A DNA stretch of 52,884 nt, filler included, from Circinaria calcarea (Eukaryota), in NCBI GenBank assembly GCA_051942165.1. It is 2 parts of 2 records of this genome, joined end to end, with 100 filler letters (N's around TTAATTAATTAA, not from the genome) between each part and the next. Parts side by side here need not be neighbours in the genome. Positions count along the whole stretch, not along the records: positions 1 to 26,444 come from JAVECS010000078.1; 1 more part is not named here. One strand, given 5' to 3'. Below, in pieces: positions 1 through 11,800 of this stretch (position 1 is the first letter of the stretch; each line of letters starts with the position of its first letter). The position numbers and the translations under genes were made by a program. The notes under the pieces were generated by a model. It had not been told where the DNA came from and did no database searches. It worked only from the letters and a program-made list of their open reading frames with translations.

Positions 1-999
1 AAGTATCGTGTCAAGCTACGCCGTCACTATACGGTATCGATAAATGAATGAAAGAATGACTCCTGCTACAACTGCGTGTGTATGGTCTGCTATGCTACGT
101 ATGCTATGCAGCAGAAGAGTCTATTTATGTGTGCGTGTGAGCGTTCGGAATAATATGCGCCCGAGGAGCTAACCCAAAAGGTTTGACATATCGGCCCAAT
201 GTACCAAATACTTGACCATCAACACTTCCTCCGCCCCGAGAATCCCGCCGCTTTTGAGATACTGTATTGATTCATATATACAACGCATTCCGAGGACTTT
301 CGGGCTTCTGGTGGTATTTCTTCTTCCTCGTTTTCACTAAATCTGGCACGTTGACCGGTGTTTCTTGTGATGGAACACTAGGAAGCCTTCACGTGGTTAT
401 TCATCAGAAGAAGTGGGTCCAATTCCTACGGCCAACCTCTATTACATCACAACAACAATGCGTTTGGCTGGTGTGGTGGCTGGCAGCACTACACAAGTGA
501 CTCGACTACAACAGACTGATTCTGGACCTGGGTTAGAGAGACTTATATGGAGTTATGAGTGCAAATCTCAAGGTCAACGCCTTTACGTGAGCGGCTATGT
601 CGCTACGAGTAGGTACGCGTTCATAGTCATTGTGACTCGAAGGTCTACTGGGGAGGAGGAAGGTTTAGTCGATTCTACTTGCTGACATGTTCAACACCTC
701 GTGAGGCTATCCGCTGGCATAGGCTTCCTCCCCTCGGTCTGTGGTCGAGGATAGTAAAGACTCTTACGCGTTACAGCATATCAGGAAGGTCAGGATGCGT
801 TAGTTTATACATAATATAGGCTGGACAGCTAATTAAATGTCTAGAGGCCCACCAGGTAGATTGGTTCGATTAGGTTGAGCGTTGGTTTGGCTGAGGGTTG
901 AACTTTAATTTGGCTGGGTTACGCTTTTCACTGGCTGAGTTGCATTGGTTTACTTGCCTTAGAGTAGCAGCCTGCATGGGCCTTTAGGGCCCATATGAA

Positions 1000-2575
1000 A
1001 TCTATAAATATACCACCACCACCACTACTAGATCTGGCATTATCCAATTTTCGCTTTCCGAATCTTCTAAGTGTGGCAGTAATTGGGGGGCGCCCGCAGC
1101 AGTTTTTTCCTTATAGCCCCTATCAACTGCGGTGGTTCGATCGTCTTAGTATTCCTTTCCCTCGCGGCGTTTCCTTTCTAGGCGAGCAACAGCTCCTTCC
1201 GGGTCCTTATAGTAGCTGCAGGGCTCCTTATCGCGAGCATATCAGCGCCCTTGACTGTGCCTTGGTTCAATGGGTAATACACGTTTCCCACCCTATGACT
1301 AACTCGACTGCTATCTTTCCAGAGCTTTGCCGATATGTTATAAAGTGTGCCCATTTCACCGAATACAGGTCTTTCTACTTTCCATGGCCTCCTTTGGACA
1401 ACTTCGAAAGACACTTGATTATAGATTAATACCCTCATTCGACTATACCATTTACTCCGTGGTTATAGGCTGATGTTGTTATTTGCGGTACGCCCTACAT
1501 AGCTATTAATTGCTGCCTCTGAATCTTCTTGCGGAAAGGATTGCCATTACCTCCTTTTCTCCCTTCTGATGATGCGATAGTACTCGTTTCCGGCTTCTTT
1601 CAGCCTTTGGCTGTCTTCCCTGATTATAGATACCTCTTCCAGCTCTTAGCAATATCGATGAATTTCTACCCACTCCACCTCCGCGTCAGGTTCCTCCCGG
1701 GTGCAGTAGACTGGTGGCCGCGTTGTGCTTGCTAAGCCTTGCTGCCATGTGCTTTCGCTCGCTGAAGCTGCTCCGCGTCATCTATCAGGCCCTGTACGGT
1801 CCAATCTGTGAGGGCTCCAGTGTTCCTTTGGTTGTTACCTCTGAGTCGGTTCTCCCGTTCGAGAAGAATTAACTCGTGGTCAGAGCTGGACGAGTATCGT
1901 GCGGGATATTCTACAGCGTCAGCGAGCCTAGTTCTATAATGGTGAGGGCTAGGTCGATTACTGCTCTGCTCTGGAGTCTCACGAATCTCCCTAGCTCATT
2001 ATTGACCAGCAGGTTGTGTTCCTCGACTAGATCCTCCAGTGGCTTTGCATTCTGGCGCCAACTTGGAAGTATGGCCTGCTCCCATTGTGGTGTCATACGC
2101 GTTGGTTCACCCGAGTTCTTCGTCCACCTCTGTACCCATTTACGTAATCGCATAATTCACCACATTATGTATCTAGATTATCCCGATACTTGCTGTACAG
2201 CCCGCCACCTGAATTTGTGCTCTTCCGTTCTATGTTCTTTGGTACAGACCGAGCATCGTGGGCTCCTTTCTCCACACCCCACGAACCTATCATGCCATAG
2301 TCCGCAGCAGGCTAAGCACTTTGTTTCCGGTCCTCCCTCCCAGTATCTGTTCACGAATTCCGGAGCCTTTCCGAAGCGTAGCCCGTCCCTACAAAGCCCC
2401 TAGCCTCTCCCTCCTCGCCCACCGGGATGACCGGGGCGGAATTCGCTTTTCTACCTCCTGCTCACCTCTCCCACAGTCTTTTTTCGGAGATCAGCCCTCT
2501 GGGCCAAACTCTCAACTGAATCTGCATGTTTATTTCGGTCTCTTTTTGGAGTGGCTCCATCCTTTCTGCAAGGAG
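1000..2575 (-). mobile_element. Degenerate, internally deleted Tad1-like LINE (ORF1 zinc knuckle, APE endonuclease, linker remnants)
   Basis: Minus-strand fragments in LINE order: ORF1-like ERMEPLQKETEINMQIQLRVWPRGLISEKRL and RYWEGGPETKCLACCGLWHDRFVGCGERSPRCSVCTKEH (about 2200-2575); endonuclease-like NAKPLEDLVEEHNLLVNNELG...VIDLALT...SDHELILLE (about 1860-2120); linker NEYYRIIRREKRR*WQSF (about 1535-1590). Stops and frameshifts present; no RT core recognised. Left boundary approximate. Confidence 0.75.
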
Positions 2576-2624
2576 ACGCAGACGCAGACGCAGATGCAGC
2601 CTCTGACCGCATCCAGCAACAATA

Positions 2625-2775
2625 TATCGACAGTTTACGGAGGCGCTGAGATTCACCAATCCACGGGCACAGCGACGACCTCAGCACTGAGAGGGCTTGA
2701 CGGGACCACAGCGTCAACGATGGAAGATAAAAAGGCCCTGGTTCGCGCCACAGCCTTCCCCGAGCCACCTTAAGA
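2625..2775 (+). mobile_element. LINE fragment (endonuclease-RT linker), opposite orientation to the preceding relic
   Basis: EALRFTNP and TSALRGLDGTTASTMEDKKALVRATAFPEPP resemble the fungal LINE linker pattern ALKYTKP...TPALxGPxG...EEKEALxRxxAFPxPP. Confidence 0.6.
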
Positions 2776-2829
2776 GCGCGCCAGAAGCAGAAGAAATCAA
2801 TCTTACTGTCGATGCTAGCCTGAGAGGCT

Positions 2830-3602
2830 TAGGCATACCCTAATGCCAGCCGCAATGGATGGCATCAGAAGAGATGTCTACAGACACGACAGCGTGTATG
2901 GAGCATAAATGAGGCCGAATATAATGCCGGAAAAAGAGAATACAGAGGCCTTCTAAAGGTTTGGAAGGCATTACCTTTACGGAGCATTCCTCATCACCGC
3001 AGTGGATTCACGCACGTTAGTAGTACAGCTGGACAAGACCACAGCAGATCTCTCAGGAGCATTGCTGAAGAGATGGCTGGCTTGGATACGACTATTCGAC
3101 TTCGATGTTAGGCCTGTACGGTGCAGGAAGCATACGGCAGCTGACGGCTTATAACAGCAACCTTACACGGCAGATGATGACGAGAGCAGCGAAGAAACAT
3201 TCGACCAATTTTTTGATTTCGATTAGGCTGCGCGCAGGCATACTCTACACAGGTCATGGCTACAGCTACGTAATCAGAGGCTGCTATTCTGAACTAGGAA
3301 TCTAACTAGAGCGAAGAGGATATCCGAAATGCAAAATACCTCCCATCACTGGAAGGCCAAAGGATATGATCAGCAAAGCATGTGATAGATTCAAGAAGGA
3401 AGGCCTGAAGTACTTGGTAAGAGGCGGTAAACTGTTAACGAAAGGAGGCAAGAACACACCCATTCGCCGTGCTGCGGACGATCTGAAAGACGGGAAGGAA
3501 TTCTTGCGGTATCAACACGATCTTCTGGGCCATAAAGGCACTGGATTGACCTACAACCGCGTTGCTTCAGTATATTTGTGGGACAGTCTGTGTAAGATGT
3601 GA
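2830..3602 (+). mobile_element. Ty3/gypsy pol fragment (RNase H plus integrase zinc-binding region), pseudogenised
   Basis: EAEYNAGKREYRGLLK...HYLYG...VDSRTLVVQLD...LSGALLKRWLAWIRLFDFDVR...RKHTAADGL (RNase H), then HDLLGHKGTGLTYNRVASVYLW (integrase HHCC N-terminal half). Multiple frameshifts. Confidence 0.8.
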
Positions 3603-3800
3603 AGACTCATGTATCGAGCCGCGATATCGACCAGCAAAGGCAATGTGCTCAGCCTAGGGATAGATATACCCCACCAGTCACTAGGGTAAAAGGTTGCGGT
3701 GACGTCGTCAAAATGCCGAAAAGCGGAAGCTCCGTAATAAAGTCCTTGAAGCTTGATGCCACAGATTAGGCACATATCCATTTCCCATTTCTATCTTCCG
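3603..3800 (-). mobile_element. Possible hAT transposase remnant
   Basis: YPSDWWGISIPRLSTLPLLVDIAARYMSL resembles the hAT C-terminal dimerisation motif (PLxWW...xPxLxxxAxxYLS). It is preceded by a CxxC...RH segment (CLICGIK...AFRH) that is loosely BED-finger-like. Very short. Confidence 0.4.
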
Positions 3801-4899
3801 GACTGGGCGAAGAGAAACTTTGACACATTCTCTGCGCACGGTGTTCACTCATCTGTCGGGCTGCGATAATAAAAGCCGTGAGCATTTCTCTACAGCTTCT
3901 GCAGCAGTCCTTATTGAGTGTGACCGTTCTCGGTGTCTGTTGCTACCTGATTTCCACCTCAGACACCGTACAATGACGCCGTATCTGAGTTTTAGGTTCT
4001 GGGTACTCATGGCATCTGCACTATATTAGCTGGTATCAGATCTCCACGTCAGTAAAGGTAACGGACCTTGAGACGGTAAATGTGATATAGCTGCGGTAGG
4101 CCGTAGACGGAGTCGAAACAGAAGGATGATTCAACTTTATATAAAAAGTAAGGAAAGTCCGTGCCTTGCTCGGGTGGCACCTAGCTCACTGGTTCCGGCG
4201 ACGAAATTACACATCTCTTGTTCTGCAAAGAAAAAAACAGGAGCTCGCTATATATAGGAGTCAAGAGGTACATTAAACTCTATGTATAAAAGAAATAGAG
4301 AAAGGCTCGTATTGAATTACAACGGAGTACACGAAACGGAAGAAATGATAGTATATGTAAAGATGCAGGCTATCTAGATAATTGCTACCTTTCCAATCAA
4401 GTTTTACAACTAAACATGATTGCTCACTGTTCCCGTACTCATGTAAGGAACCGGTATCAGTTTGTTTCCCAAAGTCGCTGACATCTGAATGCAGTTTCTG
4501 CTTTGTCACAGGTGTAAGCCTAGAAAACAGAACACAGCATCTTCCATGTTTCAGCTGTCTAAAGCTGCGGGATAGGTACTGACGGCTATATTAGATATGT
4601 AGGTCAGGTTGGCAAAGCTCGAAGCAACCTAAAGACATCAAACAACGGCTACTCACAGGTATTCTTTTGTTACAAATCGATTAATGCAAGCCACCGAAAG
4701 GAGGATTCTGCCTATTCCGCTCGCATCTGCACCTAGAAAAGGTGCTTGTTAATAAACGGTGTAACGATATTCCACCTTACAGTCTTCCAGCTTGGCAATG
4801 AGCAATCATGGTCGTAGGGAAACTTCCTGCTTTAAGGCATTAACGTTTTACTCTCTGCTCTCAGGACCATTGTCTAGCGTGGAAGGTATGTAATGATAA

Positions 4900-5505
4900 G
4901 CTTCCACCGCTGCTTGCTATTCAAGCCTCAATTGGGAAGGCTGAGCATCGAGAAACCTAGTTGGCTTCGGGCCCAAATAGTCGGCGGATGATCCGAGTAC
5001 GAATTAACTTCTATAGGGCGCGTCTCGTATGTTTGTAGTCGAGGCACAAACAGGTGACCTCAGCATCCTTAATGTACGCAATAGCGATCCGAGAGTTCAG
5101 AGGGTCCCCAGAGATATCAGGTACCGGTCAGCCTCAGACTCCCCCGTCAGCCATGACGAGAGCCATGTGTATCATGCAGTCGCACTCGCAGCGCAAGCTA
5201 TAATGGCGAACGAACTTTCCTTCCATATCACTCCTGTATCGAAACGTAAGCATCTCCTCTTGTGGTACATCAATCAACTCGTTGGCGCCATCCAAAGTAT
5301 ATTTCATACACTCACTTCTCTTAGACCAGCGCCGTGGCGGCTGATGAATGTTGATTCTTGCGTATCCCTTGACTGTGAGAATGCTCAGAAGCTTGTATCC
5401 CTGGCCGATAGAATGCTCATCCGATATCTTGCCGTGCAGTCGAGGTATGTCGGGTGCGTTAGGAAGTGTGCTTCCTGATTCGTTCCCGTAGATCATGTCG
5501 AGCAA
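4900..5505 (-). pseudogene. Degenerate coding remnant, weakly reminiscent of the N-terminal region of fungal telomere-linked RecQ-helicase-associated proteins
   Basis: ORF 5134-5505 continues through stops as HMALVMADGG...YIKDAEV...DYKH...RTRIIRRLFGPE, loosely like the HxxGGQPxRG...YHK...KIIHRYLP pattern. Weak similarity. Confidence 0.25.
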
Positions 5506-6254
5506 GATAGTTTTTACTAAGGTTCACCAATATTGCGATAGTATAATTAGCGGTGCTGAAAGGGTGTGGGTAGACATGGTTACTCAACTGCTATATCTCT
5601 TTGCTGTCGCGTGTTTTAGGGTAGCCTTATAGTACCATACCATATATTCTATAGTTAGACGATGCTAAAAGTAGCGTGCGCGCGGCTTTAATGGCATTTT
5701 AACCCTAATATAAATATGTACTTTGTACGTACTACGTGTTCCCTATTATCTGGGGATCCTACGCACTTGTTGATTCAATCAGGAAGTACTCACGTAATAT
5801 TATTCTAGCGTTAGCTATCCTCATCAAATAAGAGACTCGACACTTGTCTGCAGTTAATACGGTCTCTATCCCCGAATGTGGCTTGGAACGGCCACATTGC
5901 CTTCGACAAAGGATGAACGAGAGCTCGTTGCGGAAGTCTATGCAGAAAGGAAGGGTATTGCTATGGTTTGAGGCTGCTTGGCTGGGCTCTTGCATATAAT
6001 ATAATTAAATGCCACGTCTAAATCACTTCTATTTTTTTCAATAATTAGGGTTATAAAATTTATCTCTGGATAGCACTTTGTCTAATATCTTATGCCGGTC
6101 ATGCTTAAGTTTATTTACGAGTATGACCGAGTACGCATATTATTGAGCTCCCTGCAATGGAAGATCGATTGTAAAACCTAAGCTAGATCTTCCCGTATCC
6201 ATGTATCGACTAGACTACTTTCCGTAATCGACGGCCAAGTGGCGTATGTGCCCA

Positions 6255-6910
6255 TTACTTCTCGAACCCCAACGAAGGATGAGTCATGGCTGCAGCAACT
6301 ATATCCTGCTCCGTCGCGTATTCTTCGGTCAGAAAGCAGGGTTCAAGCTTAATCTGATCAAAGTCCACCTGCTTCCCATTTTGTAGGCCTGCCGGAAGCT
6401 CTGTCGTCCTTTCACTCCCTTGAGTAAGGTGAATATTCATTCTCCACGTCTGCTTCCCCTGCTTTCCGTACCATGCGCCCCATACCATGACAAGTGGGAA
6501 TGATCGACCATCGATGCAGATACAGCCCACACGAAGCTTCATTTTCCCGTTGAGTTTCTGAATTAGCCAACCTTTCCGTTCAAATTCCGCCTTGACCCTT
6601 ATATCATCCCTCGATGCATCGGTCGCTCCTTCAGCATTATCTTCAATCTTAATTGCACTGACTCGAGTCTCTCCTGACTGTAACAAAATAACGTCGTCAT
6701 CGCTTTCCTCGATTATGATCACATTAGGCTGCGCATTGAACGGGTTAGTCCAAAAACATCGAATATATTGGAGTTATACCTTTGGAGTTTCCCTTTGATT
6801 TATGGGAGTAAACCCCGTCATAGGAGATATCGAAGCCATGGGCGAGGTAAACCCAAGAGTTGAAGCACCTATGTTTCGACGATGTTTAGTCCACCGCGTA
6901 GTCGTTGTAT
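6255..6910 (-). CDS. Hypothetical spliced protein (5' end not determined)
   Basis: 155-aa ORF 6255-6722 joined to an upstream open exon via intron 6729-6779 (GTATAA...CTAAC...CAG on minus). No recognisable domain. Confidence 0.4.
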
Positions 6911-7845
6911 CTGCAAGTAGATGTTAAGTGGTTTGCCCTATTAGGACTAGACTCTCCCGACGGCCTGTGGATATATGGACTAAATTTCACAGTCAGAATT
7001 TGATAACCAAGCTTGTATCACAGGTGTTCTCCACCGAGCTTACATTCGCCAGAAAGCCGGAATCCTGAAAGAGTGCTTTGTGAGGTCTGGCTTTTCTGAC
7101 TCTGCATGAGAATGACGTGCGTTGATTCACTGGTGCCGACGGATATATTGAAGCAACTGAACGGTACGGGAGAAGTTAATGCTAGAAATGCATTGTGACT
7201 TCGGAGAAGTGATTATCGGCTTATGATATTTGGGAGGTACAGAGCTCTGTTTGGAAAGTTTAGGATTTTTCGGATGTGAACATGTGCTGGTCTGATTTCT
7301 TAGCAATGATAAAGTGAGCTGCGATCCAAATAACCCTATAGGGAGTTAATCGGTATTTTGGAGGTTGAATGAAAGTGATTTATAAAATACATGCGGACCC
7401 TTGGAAAGTGAATTGAAGACTTATGCTGTCGAAGCCGCATTCCGCTTTGATTGCGGCACGTCAAAATCACCGTACCATACCTGCTCAATACTCTTCTTAC
7501 TCCATGCATCTCACAATATCCTAAGGCTTCTTTGCCGCCTCCGGCACGCCTACTCCACTCTCTTCCTACCCCCCCTTCCTCTAGCACATCCTCCAGAACC
7601 AATGCCCGTGAACGCACCCTATTCAGTAAGATCTCCTTGTACTCAGCGGATTGTTACAGATAATGGCGGCGACGAGGACAAGGAGGTGGAGGAGGAGGAG
7701 GAAATATGAACTCGAGCGACTCGGCAGTCACGTGGTGACTGTTCTTGCTGGCAAGGAGCTCCTTCTTGCGTTTGGCTTACTTGGCGCCGTCTTGTGGGTT
7801 GCTGGCCTTGCACGCTTGATGCCGAGTCAAGTTGACAACCCAATA

Positions 7846-8627
7846 AGCTCCCTGAAACGGCTAGACGACAAGCTCGTCCCTATCGAAGTTTAATTACTTG
7901 AGTCCCGTCTATACTGCCTTCGGTAACCAACCTAAAGCCAAAGCAGCCCCCACCTCCGCCCGCACATCTGCAGCTTCAGTGTACACTCCTCCTATGCTAC
8001 AAACCTTAGACATGCAGAGTGGGATGCTCCACGCCGAAGACAAAGATTTCAACACCGCTTTCTCCTACTTTATCGAAGCACTAGAGGGTTATCGTAGCCA
8101 AGAAGCTGCCGCGAAAGCTACATCCGCGCTGCAGTACATGCTTCTCTGCAAGATTATGCTGAACCTCGTCGATGACGTAAAGAGTCCTATGGCATTCAAG
8201 CAAGCGCAAAAGTACTCCGGTAAGAACCTGAAAGCCATGAAAGCCGTCGCCCGCGCGCATTCCAACCGCTCACTCGAAGACTATGAAAAGGCCCTATCAA
8301 ATTATCGATACGAACTCGGCTCTGACCCCTTCATCCGGAATCACCTCCGCCGGCTCTACGACGCCATATTGGAGCAAAATCTTATCCAAGTCATCGAACC
8401 ATTCAGCCGGGTCGAAATCGAGCACATTGCGGCAAGTTGAAAGGAAGCTTTCGCAGATGATACTGGACAAGGTCATTATCGGGGTGTTGGATCAAGGTGC
8501 CGGGTGTTTGATCGTCTACAATGAGGCGGAACAGGACCAAGGCTACGACGCAGCGCTGGAAACGATTGAGCGGTTGAGTAATGTGGTGGACGTGCTGTGT
8601 GTTAGTTACACTTTGATGTTGGAGTGA
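7846..8627 (+). pseudogene. RPN6: 5'-truncated 26S proteasome lid subunit Rpn6 pseudogene (C-terminal half incl. PCI domain)
   Basis: LKRLDDKLV.IEV*LLESR...GNQPKAKAA.TSARTSAASVYTPP...LDMQSGMLHAEDKDFNTAFSYFIEALEGY...LQYMLLCKIMLN...[20 protein letters not shown]...[27 protein letters not shown]. Premature TAA at 7891-7893, frameshifts near 7912 and 8432. Confidence 0.92.
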
Positions 8628-9290
8628 GAAACGGGCATAGAGAAATTGGGGGGCACACCAGCATAAAAATAAAACTCAAACCAAAAGTCGTCATGCCCAG
8701 GCACACTATCCCACATTGCGTTGGTCATCAATCTTATTCTCTCTTTTCTATTGTCACAAACACAACAAGCCACCATGTGATATAAATGCCTCCCGCGAAT
8801 TTGATTATGCTGGACTCTGTTGCGTTGCCTACCGATCCTGTCGAGTACACGGAGTAACGGGGATGGCCGGAGGCGGGAAAGCGACGCTGATTGGCGCGCG
8901 CGTTTTGCTACCGAGTTTTCTTCCATGGTCGTCCATAGATCCTTCATACATGATTTAGTGAGCCTTTGGTTTTGAAGACGGGACCTCACCCTGTGAGCAT
9001 CTAGCGCGTGATCAAGAAGCCCTATAGTATCTTATTGGAAGCTCTGACTATTTTATTTCAAAAGGCTCTGGGCGTCACATCGTCCATCTCAACATCTTCA
9101 TGTGTATTAAGATCATTGCGTGCGGACCCTTCACAGTCACTGCGTGGTGGAACTCCCTGGGTGTTGTGTATCGGTGACTGGCCTGATGCTGGAGGACTTG
9201 ACGTGCACGTGGTGACGCATAAGAGGCAATGGCATGGGTGCGAATTTTGCACGTAAATCACTCTTTTACCACTATTCTTCCCCCGACACA

Positions 9291-9750
9291 ATGTCACATT
9301 TCCTACAAGGGCTTGACCAAATAGTGAAGCTCAAAGGAGCCGAAAACTATGAGGCATGGTACAAGTTCATACGAGCAATTGCTTGCCTGAATGGGGTATG
9401 GGAGTTACTAACTGGTGAGACTGTCAAACCGACGGCGCCATTGAAGCTCACCGTGCCTGTGGATGATGCAAAGTACGACCTAATTTATGAAGATCGGCGG
9501 GAACACTATGAGCGAAAGCTTGATAAAAGTATAACACGAAGTACGGGCGCACGCTGGGGCTGCTAGAGATGATTCTGGAAGAGGCTTCTAAGAATCAACT
9601 TGCAGGATATAATAGCTGCAATGGCCTCCCAAAAGGAACAGTAGGCAGAAGCGTGTCCAATCCAAAATACAATTGCAAAGCAAGAAAGAGAAAGAAACAT
9701 ATATGGAGAAGCTATAGAGTTCTGCCACAGCCCGTACTTGCGCTGGAAAT
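9291..9750 (+). mobile_element. Ty1/copia gag N-terminal fragment
   Basis: MSHFLQGLDQIVKLKGAENYEAWYKFIRAIACLNGVWELLTGE matches the copia gag KLxGxxNYxxW...xxWxxxxG motif. Upstream TTCAAAAGGCTCTGGGC (about 9057-9073) resembles a decayed copia GGTTATGGGCCC primer-binding site. Frame breaks downstream. Confidence 0.65.
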
Positions 9751-10578
9751 ATAGTGGTCATAGAGGAGACGGTGGTGAGTATGTCGGGAATTATGACATG
9801 GAGTGTGGGCTCAATTGCGGGAAAGACTTTAAAAACGAACGCGACAATGCTCGCAACTATCAATAATAGCCTAGCTATCAATGCCCAGGCAGAGCAGTTG
9901 ATAAGAGCCAGTCTATCCCAGTCACATGATGACCAAGTCAATTTCCTGCTCCATTGGAGTCCTCGTTCCCATTCACACTCTGTCCACTAACGCCATTCAC
10001 AGCACTCCTGGGCGTCATGAACGAATTTATCGTCGCTTCCAATCCTACAGCTTCGAGGTGCCATATGAGGGACTGGATAGCTTCCCGAAAATGGCACTAC
10101 TGCTGGTTTCCCTCGGGCAGGTCGCTTTGAATAACGTCTACTTGATCCTCTGAATCATCACCACCACCACCAGCTGGTCTCGTCACAGCCGTATATAACC
10201 GATAGTGGGGCTGGAGCTTGAAGTCGACAATGTACCGGATCTGGAAATCAAGGAGCCTATGTGCTTATGTTTCGATTTTTCCTTTTACCCCGAAAACTGC
10301 CACCTGGTTCTTCGCACATTAGCTTCTTACTTAGATCAAGTTCCTTTAACCTGGGTACAACTAGTTAAGTAGTGAAAAAGTAAAGTAAGCAAAGTCTATG
10401 TTCCTGCAGCGTGTATTTGTTTGCGTCGCTGTGAACCATCTAATCGTTGTCTCCGTTCGAATACCCTTATTTGAACGGTTCGTTTGACTGACGCCTAGTC
10501 TATGCTAGTTTCCGAAAGAGAAGACAACGGCCGAACTAGTTTAAAATTAAGTTACTATATATATATGATTTCCTGCAA

Positions 10579-11603
10579 CTTACAGGATACAGTAAAGGAC
10601 TCGGATTCATTGGAATCGAGGATTTTAATGTCTCATTACCCAAGATAGTCGTAGTGGGCGACCAATGTACAGGGAAAAGCTCTTTGATAGCGGGCAAGAG
10701 GTGAGGTTCTCATATGGGCGACTCCAAGCCATCAGCCTGCTAACGCAAAGTGTAAGAGAGATCAAGTTTCCCCGTGAAACAGGCAGTTGCACCCGCGTAA
10801 GCTGTGAAACTGCAAATTTGCTCTCTAGAGTTTATGATGGCAGCAGTGGCCACTTGAGTTACTGATGGCAACAGTACCCACTTGAGATAAATTTAGCGGA
10901 AAGCGAAAATAAAGTTACATGGATTTGTAAAGTTGTGCTCCACAAGAAGTACGGATATGAAGGTATACAAGATACTACAGACGACGGTGCATCCGATGAT
11001 AAACCTTTAGGGCCTTGAATAGTCCAGTATCCAGAAGACTATTTGTTTGCTGCTACCATTTTCAAAAGCGATGTCCAAAAAACCTTGAAGTGGGCTCAAC
11101 TCGCAACACTAAACCCTAGCGAGTCGTATGAGAAGTACAAGCCAAGCAGGAAAACTGAGATGTCAAGCGCGATACAAGTCAAATTCTCTCCGAAAGTTAT
11201 CCGGGTGGACATTGGTGGTCCAGAAAATACTTCTGGGAACCGCATCAATTGTCGTAGATATCTGGTCCCGGTCTCCCGAACCCATCCTTCACCGATCTCC
11301 TAGGGGTTATAAACGACCCAGAAATAGTGGGTGTTTGGTCTTTGGAAGGGACCAAGTTTATGATGTTGAATTATGTGGTCCTCTAGGAAGATGAGCGATA
11401 TCTGATCATGCTGGTCATAAATCTTGTCGAAGGAGCCAGACCCAACATGGTCAAGTTATAAACGAACCAGAAATAGCGGGTGTTTGGTCTTTGAAAGGGA
11501 CCAAGTTTATGATGTTGAATTATGTGGTCCTCTAGGAAGATGAGCGATATCTGATCATACTGGTTATAAATCTTGTCGAAGGAGCCAGACCCAACACGGT
11601 CAA
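10579..11603 (+). pseudogene. Dynamin/Mx-like GTPase pseudogene (N-terminal G-domain only)
   Basis: VSLPKIVVVGDQCTGKSSLI (G1), EIKFPRETGSCTR (G2), LKWAQLATLNP, VKFSPKVIRVD, ISGPGLPNPSFTDLLGVI (G3 DLPG altered), EDERYLIMLVINLVE. Intron remnants, stops and a GT>AT donor at 11211; ends in a tandem duplication. Confidence 0.85.
11306..11603. repeat. 149-bp tandem duplication (11306-11454 / 11455-11603)
   Basis: Both copies run GTTATAAACGA...CCCAACAYGGTCAA; six mismatches counted by eye, five of them transitions. Confidence 0.92.
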
Positions 11604-11609
11604 CCTAAC

Positions 11610-11800
11610 CATATCTGGTCGATCAGAACCCATCTGGTCAATCTGGCATGACTTGATCTGTCTCGCCTCATCCGATGGGTCCGCTTCATCCGGTTGATCT
11701 GGCTCGATCTGGCCGATCTGGCTTCGCCCGGTTAGTATCGCTTCATATGGTCAATCTAGCGATATCTGAGTAATCCGGCATTCTTCTGGTCAATCCGATT
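11610..11800. repeat. Degenerate short-period (G)ATCTGG repeat tract
   Basis: Recurrent ATCTGG/ATCCGG cores, e.g. GATCTGGCTCGATCTGGCCGATCTGG. Confidence 0.55.

Noticed and set aside
4031..4042. TGGTATCAGA, like a tRNA-Met primer-binding site
   Set aside because: Plant-type PBS, not preceded by an LTR ending in CA, and no gag follows.
5698..5709. TTAACCCTAA telomere-like sequence
   Set aside because: Fewer than two full units; not an array.
11211..11257. Apparent intron-less RVD-IGGP junction suggesting a retro-processed dynamin copy
   Set aside because: The 47-nt segment aligns with the 48-nt intron at 24164-24211 and ends in TAG; it is the intron with a GT>AT donor, and IGGP is coincidental.
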